Source of the DNA: Balanoglossus misakiensis
Lineage: Eukaryota; Animalia; Hemichordata
DNA length: 64,000 nucleotides
NCBI GenBank assembly: GCA_040954595.2
Contig: CM082596.2
Coordinates: forward strand, 124,001-188,000
Reading direction: 5' to 3'
Shown here: positions 1-13,400 of the stretch, piece after piece
Position numbering within the stretch: position 1 is the first letter of the stretch
Layout: the number at the start of each line of letters is the position of its first letter
Made by a program: the position numbers and the translations under genes
Notes under the pieces: model-generated
Databases searched by the model: none
Seen by the model: the letters and a program-made list of their open reading frames with translations, nothing else
Told to the model about the DNA's origin: nothing

Positions 1-1475
1 TCGTTCACACATTCCTTCGACTGAAATTTCATCGAGGATTTTGACTTATTTCGCATCTTGGGCCACCAATAATTTTGTTTAATAACGACTGTGTACTTTT
101 TATATAATTTTTTGTGAGAGTAGGGTGCAATATCATCATTATTTACATCAGACAGCTGTGAGGTCAAAGGTCAAATATGCGTCCAATAACCCTGTGGGTT
201 ATGGGACTCCGCGTCCTCATTTGAATAATTATTGGACGGTGATACCGCGAATTATTGTATTACGGAACTCCATAGGTTACAGCAGTAGGTGTATAATAAT
301 AGTTTTTATCATAAATTGTCCTCTTTTGCGTAGATTTCATTTTATAAGAATTGTGCGCAAAAAATTTGCAGCAATTAGAGGTATTAATTAATACACAATT
401 ACATAAAATCATCTTATCATAAATTCAAGTTAGACACAGAAATAAATTTTAAAAAAAAACACCTCTGGATACCTCAATTAATGAAAAACCTTGATGTGAT
501 TTGATGCGATGTGCAAACTGACAATACACATGGGTTTACACAAATTCATGGAAGCTCCGTCTACAGCAGACAACGTTACTTGGACTAGATCTGAGAAACA
601 AATAGATGTGTCACATCCATCAATTCTAAGCAGTTGTCTGATAGGAGAAACACCAGAAACAATCAAACACATCATCAACACCATCACAACAAACACTGAT
701 AAAAATACGAGTGAAACCCACTCACCTGAACGTTCACCTTATAACCAACACTGAATACGTAACAAAGCTGACCTGAAATCTGACCTTAATTGCCACACTC
801 TACACACATACACAGCAACACAAAAAATGCCTCCAATTTTTTTTCCTGAAACAGCTTCACAACTAGGACATGAACAGACTGCTTGGATCCACTGATTTAT
901 TTTCCAATAACATTTCTAAGTGAATTTCTAATGTCTCCTCTATCTTGTTCCTCAATTCATTAATCATGCAGGCAATGAGTCATCACCAGACATTGCCATT
1001 TGATGGATGTATGACTATAACCTATTTTATAGTTGGCCTCCAGAGGGCTCTGTGACTGCTTGATCAAGTAAACCATGACCTGTATTACTTTTCTCTCAAT
1101 GCTGAACAGCTCTCTTTCACTCTCTGTACTTGCAAAGCCACCATAAAATGTTCGATTGTTACATACATTGTATATACTGTCGTAGAAACTTTCAGTTTTA
1201 CACCTTATCAATGTCATTATTTCAATCCCTAACTCTCATCTAACATTTCTAAATTAATGTCACAATTGACTGAAGGATATTCTATTATGTCAATGGAAAG
1301 ACATGAGCTGCAGTCTACTAATTATCCAGGCTCATTCACAATTTCCACTGAACTTTTGAACTCACACACACACACACCATGATGCTGCATACATAACCTT
1401 TAGTTCCCTTAAACAACTCCCATACATGTAATTTACACTGCCACATCTGCAGATTTCTTGCATGACAAAACTCAC

Positions 1476-4400
1476 CATTGACAGGGATTTGAAATTCTTG
1501 TGACCTTCCTGTAACTCCTGTGCCACGAATGATGTGTTGCCAATTTCAGTGTAGTTGACTAGGAATAATTCTCTGTTGTGGCCAATCCAGTCAAACATCT
1601 GAAAAGATGGCGAGACATGCAATCAAGGTTTGGATAATAAGTAATCAACTGACCAGAAAGATACAATGTGAAATATAATTTCACTGAGTGTGACTTCATC
1701 TCCAAAACTGATCATAAAAATAATATGAAACGAATGAAGGTGTACAGTAATTTTATGTAAGAATGTTCCTGTATGGTCTCCACCTCCATCTCAGACAGGT
1801 GTCTTGTCTGCAAATTGTGAATTACCTCATTATCAATCATCAATAAATTGATCACACAAGTGAGGATTCTTACTTTTTCACAATCTTGTTCAAATACTCT
1901 CATCTGAAAACACTGGTCCAGTTTCAGTTTTCTATCGTGCCACATATCTTGCAGTTGTTCCCTCATGCTGTGAAGGTTTTCCAATAAATTAGAAATGCGT
2001 GGTGCCGCACTTTGAAAATCAGCATTGGCAGAAGTCATACTGCTTCCCCTGCTACTACCAGAGTAACCGCTATCCGTTGTGTAATCATCCAGGTGTACAC
2101 CACTCAATCTATGAATTAATTTTTTGCCTTCAGAGTCTAAGAATTCTACAGGTGCTTTTAACACACGACGTTTTAAGTTCGCATGTTCATCAATCATTTC
2201 TTTAGCACCATGCACGTCATCAGGGAACTCCATGTCGTTCAATTCCACACGTAAAGATTCCATTTTACTTAAAAGATCCATTGCCTGCCAGATAAAATCC
2301 TCCAGGGCCTGGAAGAGAAAAGAAGAACTATTATTTCAAAGAGACAACCAAAATCCCTATACAGTACAGAAGGAAATTTCGGATGTTACTAGGAACTTGG
2401 GCCTGAAATGGTTAATGCTTCACAAAAGTTAATATCATTTTTTGTTTCAATTCCATTGTTTACTTGACAACCATGGCTAAAAGTCTAATTCTGCCAAATA
2501 TAATGTGGGCGGACCAGCTGTGGGCTCATTCTCTGATTTCTACTACTAACACTGATGACATGATGAAAAGGGACCAATGGAATAGCTCTCACCAGCCTGA
2601 GTTCAATCCATTCTTCATGCTCATAGGGCAAAGTACCATCAAAATCTTCTGTCAACTGGGATGGATCAATAACTCTATACAATCCTTCCTGAGATATCAT
2701 TGTGGTCTGTAAAAAACATGAATGTTATCGTCTTCAAACACACACGCCGTTTGTACTTTTTCAGGGATGTTAAAAGACTACCTCTATACATCAATATCAG
2801 CATGCAAGTTTATTCTTATACATACATGTACTTTGTTCGAAGCTTTCATAAAATATTCTTTTCTGTTCTGAGATATCAGCCATCCACAGGACTAAAAGGA
2901 TCAGTCATTTGAGATGACAGAATTTGTTAGATTTAAAACATTATTTATGTGTTGTTGAAGAAAATACAGTCACTCTTATACATCTGCAGATATTGATAGT
3001 TGGAATGCTCCAGTGTCCCTGACATGAACTCAATGTAATTATCTCAAATGACTTTATGACCCTATTTCACAGTAATATAGCAGCGATTTATTGTACAATG
3101 CAGTCACATATTAATATGAAGCCAACACAGTGTTGTTTGGTCTCCATGACAAAAATTCCCACAAGTGAAAATAACTAATGTCCTGTGCATTAACCTCTCT
3201 GACCCCTGCATTTCCTAGCTTGTGGACTAATCCTAGTGTTTTATTTCTTTGGTCGATTGCTTTCACTGGCTCTAAGGGGTGGCAGGGGTTAATGTTGTCT
3301 AATAGTATGTAAATCTTCCACTCAAAAAAATCTGAATTAGCTGTCTACAATACCCTTTAGAACTGATAACTTTAACTTCCAAAGGAAAATAAAAGATTAA
3401 GCTCTGACAGTGGTTTCAATTTGGGTACTTGTACTTCTCATTCTGAGTCAAGCAGTCATCACATATTCTCATGATAAAAGCATAGAAAGTAGAAAAAAGA
3501 GGGGAATGCAACTAGGGCAGTGATTGCATGGATTAGCCACTTTCTGTGAGAAATGTTGGTTGTAATCCAGGAACAGTGTATACAAGAAGACGATGCTCCT
3601 CCCAACATTTCTCAACATGCACTGCTGATGCAAATATGATTTTTTCTTTCTGTGATGAGCTTTGAATTTGGGGATTTTATTATCAAATTGTTAGAACTTA
3701 AAATAGAATTATCCATGAGTTGGAGTGTATTATTATATTTTGGAAATTTTGCAGTTATTTGGAATAAAACAAACTTCGTAAAATAAACTGTAGATGCCGC
3801 ATTACTCAAAGTTGTCTGTTTTTGCTAATATCGCCCTCTAGTGCTAAGAGGACAAAATAGAAGTAATACGTCACTTTCACCAGAGGGGGCGCTATTTATA
3901 AATTTCATTTCTACTCAGAAATCATTGTGTGTTGATAACAAAAACAATGTCTGAGGGACAGCGACACAGTTTTGTTTTGGATCTTAGGATCTACTAATTC
4001 CAGAGGTTTACTTAAGTTTGTACATTTAGGACGTAGCCAGTTGTTTCAGTATTTACGACGATATTAAATGATGCAGACTGCATCTTGAATTCACATCAAA
4101 CTTGTGGTTTGGTGAAACCTGACTCAGGGACGCAACAGACAGATGACCTTGGTTACAGTATGAAGCCTACAACAGCGTCATTGACTTTTAAATTGTAACC
4201 CTTTCACAACCAAAATCTAGTTAAATCCCACTATTCTCTATAATTTTGTTGAGTCAATATACAGTGAAACAAGGTGGAAAGGTTAATACTGATACTAACA
4301 GTGCATGATATGGGATTAGAAAAGAAATTTGGACTCACCTCAAATTTTAACTTCGAGCTACCTAGACTAGTTCTATGTTTCTGCCAGAAGTTCTCGGGTT

Positions 4401-7400
4401 TGATGATGTAAGCCATGTGAACCTTGCTTGGAAAACATTCCTAAGAACCAAAAAAAAATTGTATAGCATTTAGTTATAATCTCTAAGATTGACCAAAGAG
4501 TGCTAGTTGTAAAATGATTTCTCATCTTCATCTGTTTGAAATGCTGTAATGTATTGTACAATTTATGGCCTTTTCTCAAGTTGATTTATTTACAACTTAC
4601 CTGTAAAACTTTAAGTAATGGCTTGACACCATTCCATGTTGAACGTCTCATATCTATAATGACACTAAATCCTATTTCCCTGGCATCATCACTGAAATGA
4701 AAGAAAGAACAAAAACCATTATTTCAATCAGAAAGATGTGCTTTGAATAATAAACTATGGTAATCTTCCAGTCTTTCCTGCATTGTCAGTAAAATGTAGG
4801 GATTATGGTCAACTACTGAGACAGTATGTGCATATGATCTGAACATCAAGCATTTCTTTATTTAGTAAATTCTGGGCCAATCACAATGAAGAATGGATTC
4901 CAACATTGGGCTCGTAGTTCTTATGTGAATTGCTCAAACAAGGACCAGTACTTGAAGCCCAACATCCAATGATTATTCCAGCAATGGCTTTGAACCAGCC
5001 CAATTTTAGGATTTTTTTGTAGTGCCAGGCCAGGGTCACTACAAGCATAGCTCCAAATTTCTGGCACTAGTCACCATACCCGGAATACCCCAGAGCTAGC
5101 CCAGTAGCCAGTCTGTGGAACTCTTGCACTCTAATTGCTATGCAGTCCCTTGGAATGTTCACAAGAAAAGACACACCATGTACATGTATACAAGTATGTA
5201 CAAGACAGTTTAATAAGTCTAGGTACTAGGACTTCACAGCAAGCTAGATGAGTTATTTTAATGAGCTTCTAGGCCCTGAGGTTTACAAACTCTATGCCAG
5301 AATGGAGTAAGCCATTTTCAGTGAAATCAGAGCATTTCTCCTAATTGAGAGATGTGTCCATGAACCCAGCTTTGATTACATGTACTCATCATGTACTGAT
5401 TACATCTGTATAATTACCATCACTTAAGGAAATGCCAGGCAGTCTGATAATTGAATCTAGTCAGGGATGACCATTAAACAATTGGAGACTGTTTCACTCG
5501 GCCTTCGGCCTCCTGAAACAGTCTGTTTTGGGGGTGACTCCAGTCCCTCGGGTAATAGACGTATGCTGTTGCCCTCATGCCCATTCAATATGTAATATTT
5601 TTCAAAACTAAACTGGAAACAATTTGTAAACATTCCATTTGAGATGATGCTTACCTAGGAATACTTGTTAAGTACATCATTAACTTTCGGAGTTCTTCAT
5701 ACTTGATTTTTTCCACACTGCGAGCAGGGAATGTAAGGACGGGGCCTCCTCGTTTGTCACGACCACCTGCACAAAAAACAGACAAGAAAATGATCCATCA
5801 AAACAAATGTTCAACTTCAAGATGATCTGTTTCAACTGTAGACAAAACAACCACTTAATAAATTACTCTCAAAGTCATCTAGTATTTTCATACTTATAGG
5901 TGGACTAAAATCAACTATATCTTACCAGATAGAAAAGCAATCTTTTCTCTGAGGATGGGTAAAATATCTGTGGCTCGGAATCCATCTCTGTACCTCGATG
6001 CTGTAAAATACAGAATGGTCAGATTATATGAAGAGCTACATATGTGTGTACATGTAATATCTTTGCATCAGCTTGTGCAATGTAACAAACTGGTTTATGA
6101 TTTGACAAAGCACCTGTCCAGTATCCTTTCAAGGAAAATGTGACATCAAGGATCAATTCAAACAATCATACAACTTTTTGTTAATGCTGATTTAATATGT
6201 TTTAAGTTTTATAGTATTTTTAACGATATTCTTAGTTATAAAATCAAAACACAGACCAATATTGATGTTTATTTAAAGTAAACGAAAAGTATCAATAGTA
6301 CATGTACTCGAACCTCTGGTATATAATTTATCCTCCCATCCGTGGATATCACATGGAAGATATCTGGTGACCTCACCAGCAGGTGAATTCCGGTAGCACT
6401 GGCAAAAAAGGTGTGCCAACATTATTCTCTACTCTGGTATAGGTCTGGAGGAGATTATTTTTATGTGGTCTTGTATCTTGAGAACTTTTCAGGAAAAGTG
6501 ATGGCCACACACAAGATTCATGTTATATTTTCTTGCAAATTCACCATTTGACATCAACTGACATCAACCCAGCAAGAACAGAGAGTGTGTCAGGACAGAA
6601 ACCTTTCCTGATGATATGAATGTTTATTTTCCAGGGAAACGATGCAGAAGAAATTGAGATACAGTGAGTGATAATGTCTCCACTAATTGAAAAGAAAATC
6701 ACATCACTGCAAACCAAAAAACCACATGGAATTTTTCACAGAACCATAGTCTAGATTCATGTAATGGACGTTAAATGCTGCACTTAAAAGATCCAAATTC
6801 CAATGGTGATAAGGATGCAAAGTCTTCAAGTCTGATACTGTACATGTACATACTGAGTGATCACATTTGCAATTCCAATGTCATTTTTCAGTCTTGGGAA
6901 GCCCTTGTATGCTTTCACAGTTCTATGTTGTCAAAGAGTGAAATTTTCACCCTAGTGTCTTGTTCAAACTGTATCTGACCTCATCTGACAATGTGACATC
7001 CATCAGATCTTTCATTTGCACATCATTATTCAGGGCTGAAAATAGCTCCAACAGTTAACAACACACTCATGCAATGCAACTCCTGATTCTGACCCCTGCC
7101 AGATGTGTGTATTTCCACACTACAAATAAAAGACATTTTCCAGTATTTCAGCAGCCAATGTTAACTACATTTGCACATGTATCTATCACAGTCACAAAAG
7201 AATAACTGGTCCATAGTCTTCCATTCATCTCTTTGGACATTAATTTACTCAATCAACTTTGAATCTCTGTCCAATCCTTCACTTGCTCTGTTCCTACCGA
7301 TGCTGTATAAGGCACATCTTATGGTCAGGTGACAAGAGATGATAACATTTCAAATGCTGTCTTGATTGGTATGGCAACTACTATGTTACACACAGAAGCT

Positions 7401-10400
7401 ATACCCGCAATGCTGTGCCAACTCCAGATGATATCACCACAAAGCCAGTCGGAGTAATGTGTGTATAAACACTCTATGCTTCTGCAACACACTCCCCGAA
7501 GATTTCACCCAATCCAAGTACAATCAATGGTTGCTTCGTAAAAGAACAACATCCAAATTTTACCCGCTGCCATAACAACATTGGCAAACAAGACAACATG
7601 CTAGGATGGGTGATGATTTCCGCACTGTAATTCAAAACTAGTCCTGGCCTCAAAGAGCACGAGAATGCATTTCCACAGCTGTTCATGAGTTCACCATTCC
7701 AACTGTCTATAGACAAAGCAGCTGGCTCTAATACCAGTAAACCCCCAAGGGTACGCATAACCACTCACAGATACACATAGAATTCAGCCTTATCTTATGG
7801 ATATGATGCCGCTTACAGAAATTCACACTGCAAACAAGTTTTCTTTACCAATCAAATACAACAAAATTCTCAAGTACAAAAATATAGAGACTATAGAACA
7901 ACAAAATTTTAGGCTTATCTCAAACTGCCTATGTTTTAATATATCTATACTGAAGAATTACTTTAGTCTGTAATTTTTAAATATTGGGGTTTTAACACAC
8001 TCCAGTATCTGATAAAGATGTTTGTATCCTGCTGAAATTACCCTGGAATGTCTAGATCTGAGTGGTCACTCCTGTTTCACAAAACATTTTTATATGTACC
8101 AGTAATTCTGGGGAATGAATTTCATTCCTGAAAGTGAAACCCATATTCACACTAAAAGACAAACAGGCTAACAGACAAAGCTGGACAACAAGTGATCCCA
8201 TAAGCTCCCACAGGCACAGTACTGATATATACAGATACCAAATGAGAGCTAAAAAATTAAAAATGAGAAATATGAAATGCAAATGTTTCCTTCAGTTACA
8301 TGTAGTACACTATAACCTGAATATTCACAAGTTTTTGTTTGAATTCAGATATTGGCACGAAAAGATTTTCAGGATCATGTGACTATAATGAAATGTACAC
8401 ATTGGATTGGTAAAGTACTGAATTTGTCCATGCATACAGGATCATGTGACTATAATGAAATGTACACATTGGATTGGTAAAGTACTGAATTTGTCCATGC
8501 ATACAGTCTGTGTCCTTGCATTCAACATGTTCAAGAGGCCTACTAAAAGGATATCTTATTATCTGAATACAAACTGGACTGTTATTTTCCCAGGATATTA
8601 ATGATGGACAGTTCCACCTTTCATACAATAACTTCCATGCAGCACAAACTGCCTATTATTATTGTGCTTCTGATTTCTTTCATATAATTTTTAGTAATGT
8701 TTGTCACAATAATATTGTTTAGGTTTTGTGCTTCTACATATTTATGCAGGCTCTAAACTGAAGAAGGCGCATTAAACCGCCTTAAATACCATGAGTATGG
8801 ACACACAAGTACTCAAAGCCATGTTTGTAAATCACACATAAGTTTGCAAAGAACAAATACTGACTCTGAAAAGAAGTCAGTTTTACCAGGTCTGATCATG
8901 ACAAAAGTGACATCACCTACATTTTTGTACATGTCTTGTCTGTTTAATTATAATTGTTTCTTTTTCAAAGCCTGTTTTCAGACAAAACTCACTAAAGGGC
9001 CGTCTACCTTGCACACCTGAATAACAATCTTCTCTTCTTTCTTCTTTCCTTCCTTTCTTTCTTTCTTTCTTTAGATGGGAGAGCTCCTATTACATGTACA
9101 GTCACAATCATTTCTGTCTGCGAGTGTGAGCAGTGCTATTTCATTTGTCATCACTGTTTCTGATTGATAGAATCTCTTGTCAACACAATACAATAGACAC
9201 AATACCACAATGAATCACACAATGCTACCACCATTCCAATACACAGACACATTATCAATAATAAACATTACCATCATGTGTTTTGCAAAGAAAGCAGTGT
9301 GACCTCAACATTTCATCGAGTTAGTGACCGTTAGGAATGATGGTCATCACTCCTGGCAACACTAAATAATTATTAACCCATGAAAACAGTTTATCAAGCT
9401 ACGGCACACAACTAAACACAAACAAAAAGCACCTTGGAAAAACATCCCTAAGGCCAAACCAGCATTCCGACAAAAGTGACAATTAATCTAGTCAAGTAGC
9501 TTTTCAGGACACCTTTTGTATTGAACAAAGACAGACATTCCATTTCCGACAACTATGTTGAATTTTTCCAGTTGGCCACACAGATGAAATTCACCTGGCC
9601 ACCTACAGGTATTGAACAGGGTTTAGCCAACAAGGTATTTGTAATAGTACAGTCCCTCTCTAACAGGAGTTCATAAAATAGCTGATGGTGACTACAGCAA
9701 GGCAGGATGCATTACTTAATATGGTATAACTTTTGAGCACCTGTTGCACAAATTTGAAGATTGGCCAAACAGAGAAGTAAACAAAAATCACTACCACTGC
9801 AACAGTGCAAGACTAGATCAGTCTAGTCCATTGTTGACAATGCCACTGACACTTATCAAATACTCTAGGGTTTATACATTGATATCAGAATTAAATTACA
9901 GTCATAATATTGGTCAATCATGTACACAATTATATTGATGATACAAAGCCAAACAAACATGGGGCCATGCAAAGGTTGGGGGAGAAACAATAAACCTTTG
10001 TAAGTCTGTTGGAATTGGCAGTTGTGTGTAATGATGCAGTTCATGCAACGGACCATTCATTACTGAATAATTTACATCTCATGCAATGTATGTCTTTTCC
10101 CCAGGGTAAAATAAAACAGTGTTAAACCTGAATGAATGTTCACAGCTTCTGTATTGGACTTTTATCTCTTTTACATAAAAAACAACAACTGAAAATTGAC
10201 CAAAATTTTTATTTTAAATCCCAGCTTTCTTTTTGCAACTAATTCAGATGTTTTTTTCTATGGACAATGATACAACCATAAACAATACATAAACAAAACG
10301 TATAAAACCATCAATTTAGATTTTTTTTTCATTTGCAGGGACTTCAGGTATTCTTTTCTACAGCGAACCAAAGTACAGCACCACCATGTTGACAGTCTGT

Positions 10401-13400
10401 GCAAGGAATATGTGTATAGCGCCACCATGAGGCCACTCCTGCATAGTGTCAAGGGTCAAAGGAAGATCAAGTTCAATTTTAGATTTGGGACCCAATGCAC
10501 TTGCAGTCTGTGATCTGAGAGATCAGGAATCCAGTCTTCAATCCAAGTAATCCTGCCTAAATTGATGTGCCTTTACAAACTTGAAGACTGCAAGTAACTC
10601 AACAATAAGTTTCAAGTAAGATTTATGCCATTTTGGTGATTTTGGTACAAAGGAAATTTCCTATATAACACACTGACATTGCCTGTGTATGCAGTAGGCT
10701 TGAACATAAGCCTGGCATCTTCCAGTTGGGTAAATATTACTAAATTTGATGTTAGCTTGTTGTTATCATGTATGATCCAGTCGTCCTGAATGCTAAACTG
10801 GTGAAATTGACATTGCTAAGACTTTTCTGATAATTTCCAGTGGAGTATTTTGTTGTTCAGTGTGGAAATCAAACAACACCATGTGGTTTATGCAACAACA
10901 ACAAAAACTTCTGCACAGGGTATCCTGGCTTTGTCTTGTGCAATTACTCATGTTAGACTTTGGCTACATATGCACCTATTGAAGCAATTATTTCCAGTTT
11001 ACTGAGAGAATTTCTATGCCTGTGAACTAAAAGAGTGACTGAATTCTCACTGCCTTGAAAAGGTTTTTACTGTGTGCAAGGTGGTCAAATCACACAACTC
11101 CATTATGGCTAAAAGTGTCTCACTGTAGTGAGAGTTTGAAAAACTAATATGCTAACTGTATTTCATGACTTCCTTTTTTCAAAAATTCCCTGTCTTTGTA
11201 GTTAGCATATTGAACTCGTTCTTCATTTTTCACATTATGTTAAAATGACCCAACATCATTTCAAAATCGACCATCTTGAAAGTTGTTGACCATAGGAGAT
11301 TTATATCACTCAACTTCCTGCTTGAATCACGTCTATAATAAATTCTTTCATTTGCAGGAACTTGAGAAATTCTTTTTCTACAGGGAACCTACATAAGTAC
11401 AACACCAAGGTGCCAGTTTTATTTGAAAATCAAAATTAGCAGATCTATGTATGTGATAAACATATAAATCCCCCGTATTCCTCACTCGTGTACCTGCGTC
11501 GCGAATTCGTGATTCCCGGCCGTATAGCTGTATCCCTCCTCGCCTGCGGCTCGGAGGGATACGGCCGCTATACGGGGAATCACTCGTCCGCGACGCAGGC
11601 ACACTCGTTCGAAATACGGGGGAATTATATAATAATTCTAAGCCAATCATGGAATCACATGATCATTTTCTGTACTTCACCCAAAGCTAGAAACTCCCTC
11701 CTCTTAAGAGGCCTTTTATTTGCAATTAGACCAGAAAAGCTTAAAATTACACAGCAAAAACACTTTATTGTATTTGAAGTCATGCTTCCATGATTAGCAT
11801 CAACAGTGTCTTCATCTGACTAAACAAGAACAATACACAGGTATACATACATAATTGACAGCATGTGAGAGTGGACATCCCTAGTCAATACCAAAAATGC
11901 CACAAAGAATGCTGTTATGGACTGCCACAATCAGTCATAAAGACTTTGATGCATCTATCAAATCACAATTACATTCCTTCTTGTGACTGCCACTAGCTCT
12001 ACAAGATGTGGCACATGTCGATTTCATCTTTGGGTATTAGTTCAACAATGCCAATAGAATACACTATACAGCCATAACCAGAACAATATTAGAAGTAAAA
12101 ATCTTCTATCATATTGACTGAATTGTATAGAAATTGCAAGGAAGTCGATCTCAGTAAGCTTGACACTCACATGTGTCACTAACAAGTAACAGCGTACATG
12201 CATGCACACACCTCACCAATATTAATACCAACTTGTCTGTTGAACCGTTAGGTCAAAGGTCACCAGTCAGGAAATCCCAACAACTATAACTTTACATCAA
12301 GTGTTTCTGTCAACAGCTGGAACCAAGTCCAGACTAGTCACAACATGAGAACACCAAGGAACTTCAACAATAGCTGACTATTTGCCCACATGTAATGTAA
12401 GGCTTTACCTGCTAAATACCACACACATACATGCAATACAAAACGTGTTGCTGACCCAGCTGTTCCATATACCCCTTGGATAGGAATAGATGTAAACTGA
12501 TGCATTTCAGGTTTATTTCGGGCGACTCAAAACCTGCTCTTGTTTATTCATTCCACTGTTGTTCCTTTTATTTGGTGATTTTAAATATTGTTCAGTATTT
12601 GTAATGAAACTTGACTGTAAAATAAAACTTACTTATAGGTCAGTTTTGATAAATTATAGTAATGTCATGTACATTCAGTGAAATTTCTTCAAGGGAAAAA
12701 ACTTTCCAGTCAGATATTGTTATTGAGTTTTTATCTTATACATTTTACAAGTCACAGGATTAAACTGTCAACTGTGTAAGTACTACATATTTATGATTTC
12801 ACACACTACAACCACCTCAAGATGGGAATATTTCAAGCTGTCCACAAAAAAGTTTACTGATTGTAATGGATACCATTTACAAAAATATACCATTCAAGAA
12901 GACCACATTGAAAGACCTCCAGCCGACTTCAACAGCTTATTAATGGTTTGGCCAATGAGTAAGTATTATTATATGTAGGTATCCCATTTGTTGTCTCATT
13001 GCTGAAGTTGAGTTGCGGGGGAGGAGAATTTGAAACCACAAAGCCCCAAATAATCTACTATGCAATAGTGTCACATGCCCAGCTGGTAAAAATATAAATG
13101 TTATCAGTGCATTAATAGTGCTCAGTGAATAAATTTTCTTATGCTCATTAAAATTAGTTGGTATGAAAACCTGATAAAGTTCAAGACATGTGTTATTAAA
13201 ATTTAACCCCTTTCATGCCTAAATGTACATTTACATGAATGCATGAACTAACAAATTCATGGTTTGAACACAGAACATCGGAACCAAAACTTGTAAAGAT
13301 TTGTCTACTTAAATTTGCATAAAATAATTTAATTTGCACAAAGTGAATAAATTTCACACTTTGTGTACTTGTACAGCTAGCTCTGTATTTTAACAATACA

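Noticed and set aside
726-772. Exon-like unit on the minus strand (ttcag ... gtgagt) after the last Trio exon
   Set aside because: In-frame stop after 12 codons and no similarity to the expected next spectrin segment; it could be a poison or UTR exon but nothing supports that.
8370-8506. CRISPR-like repeat
   Set aside because: Two adjacent copies with no spacer, in a eukaryotic intron; a simple tandem duplication.
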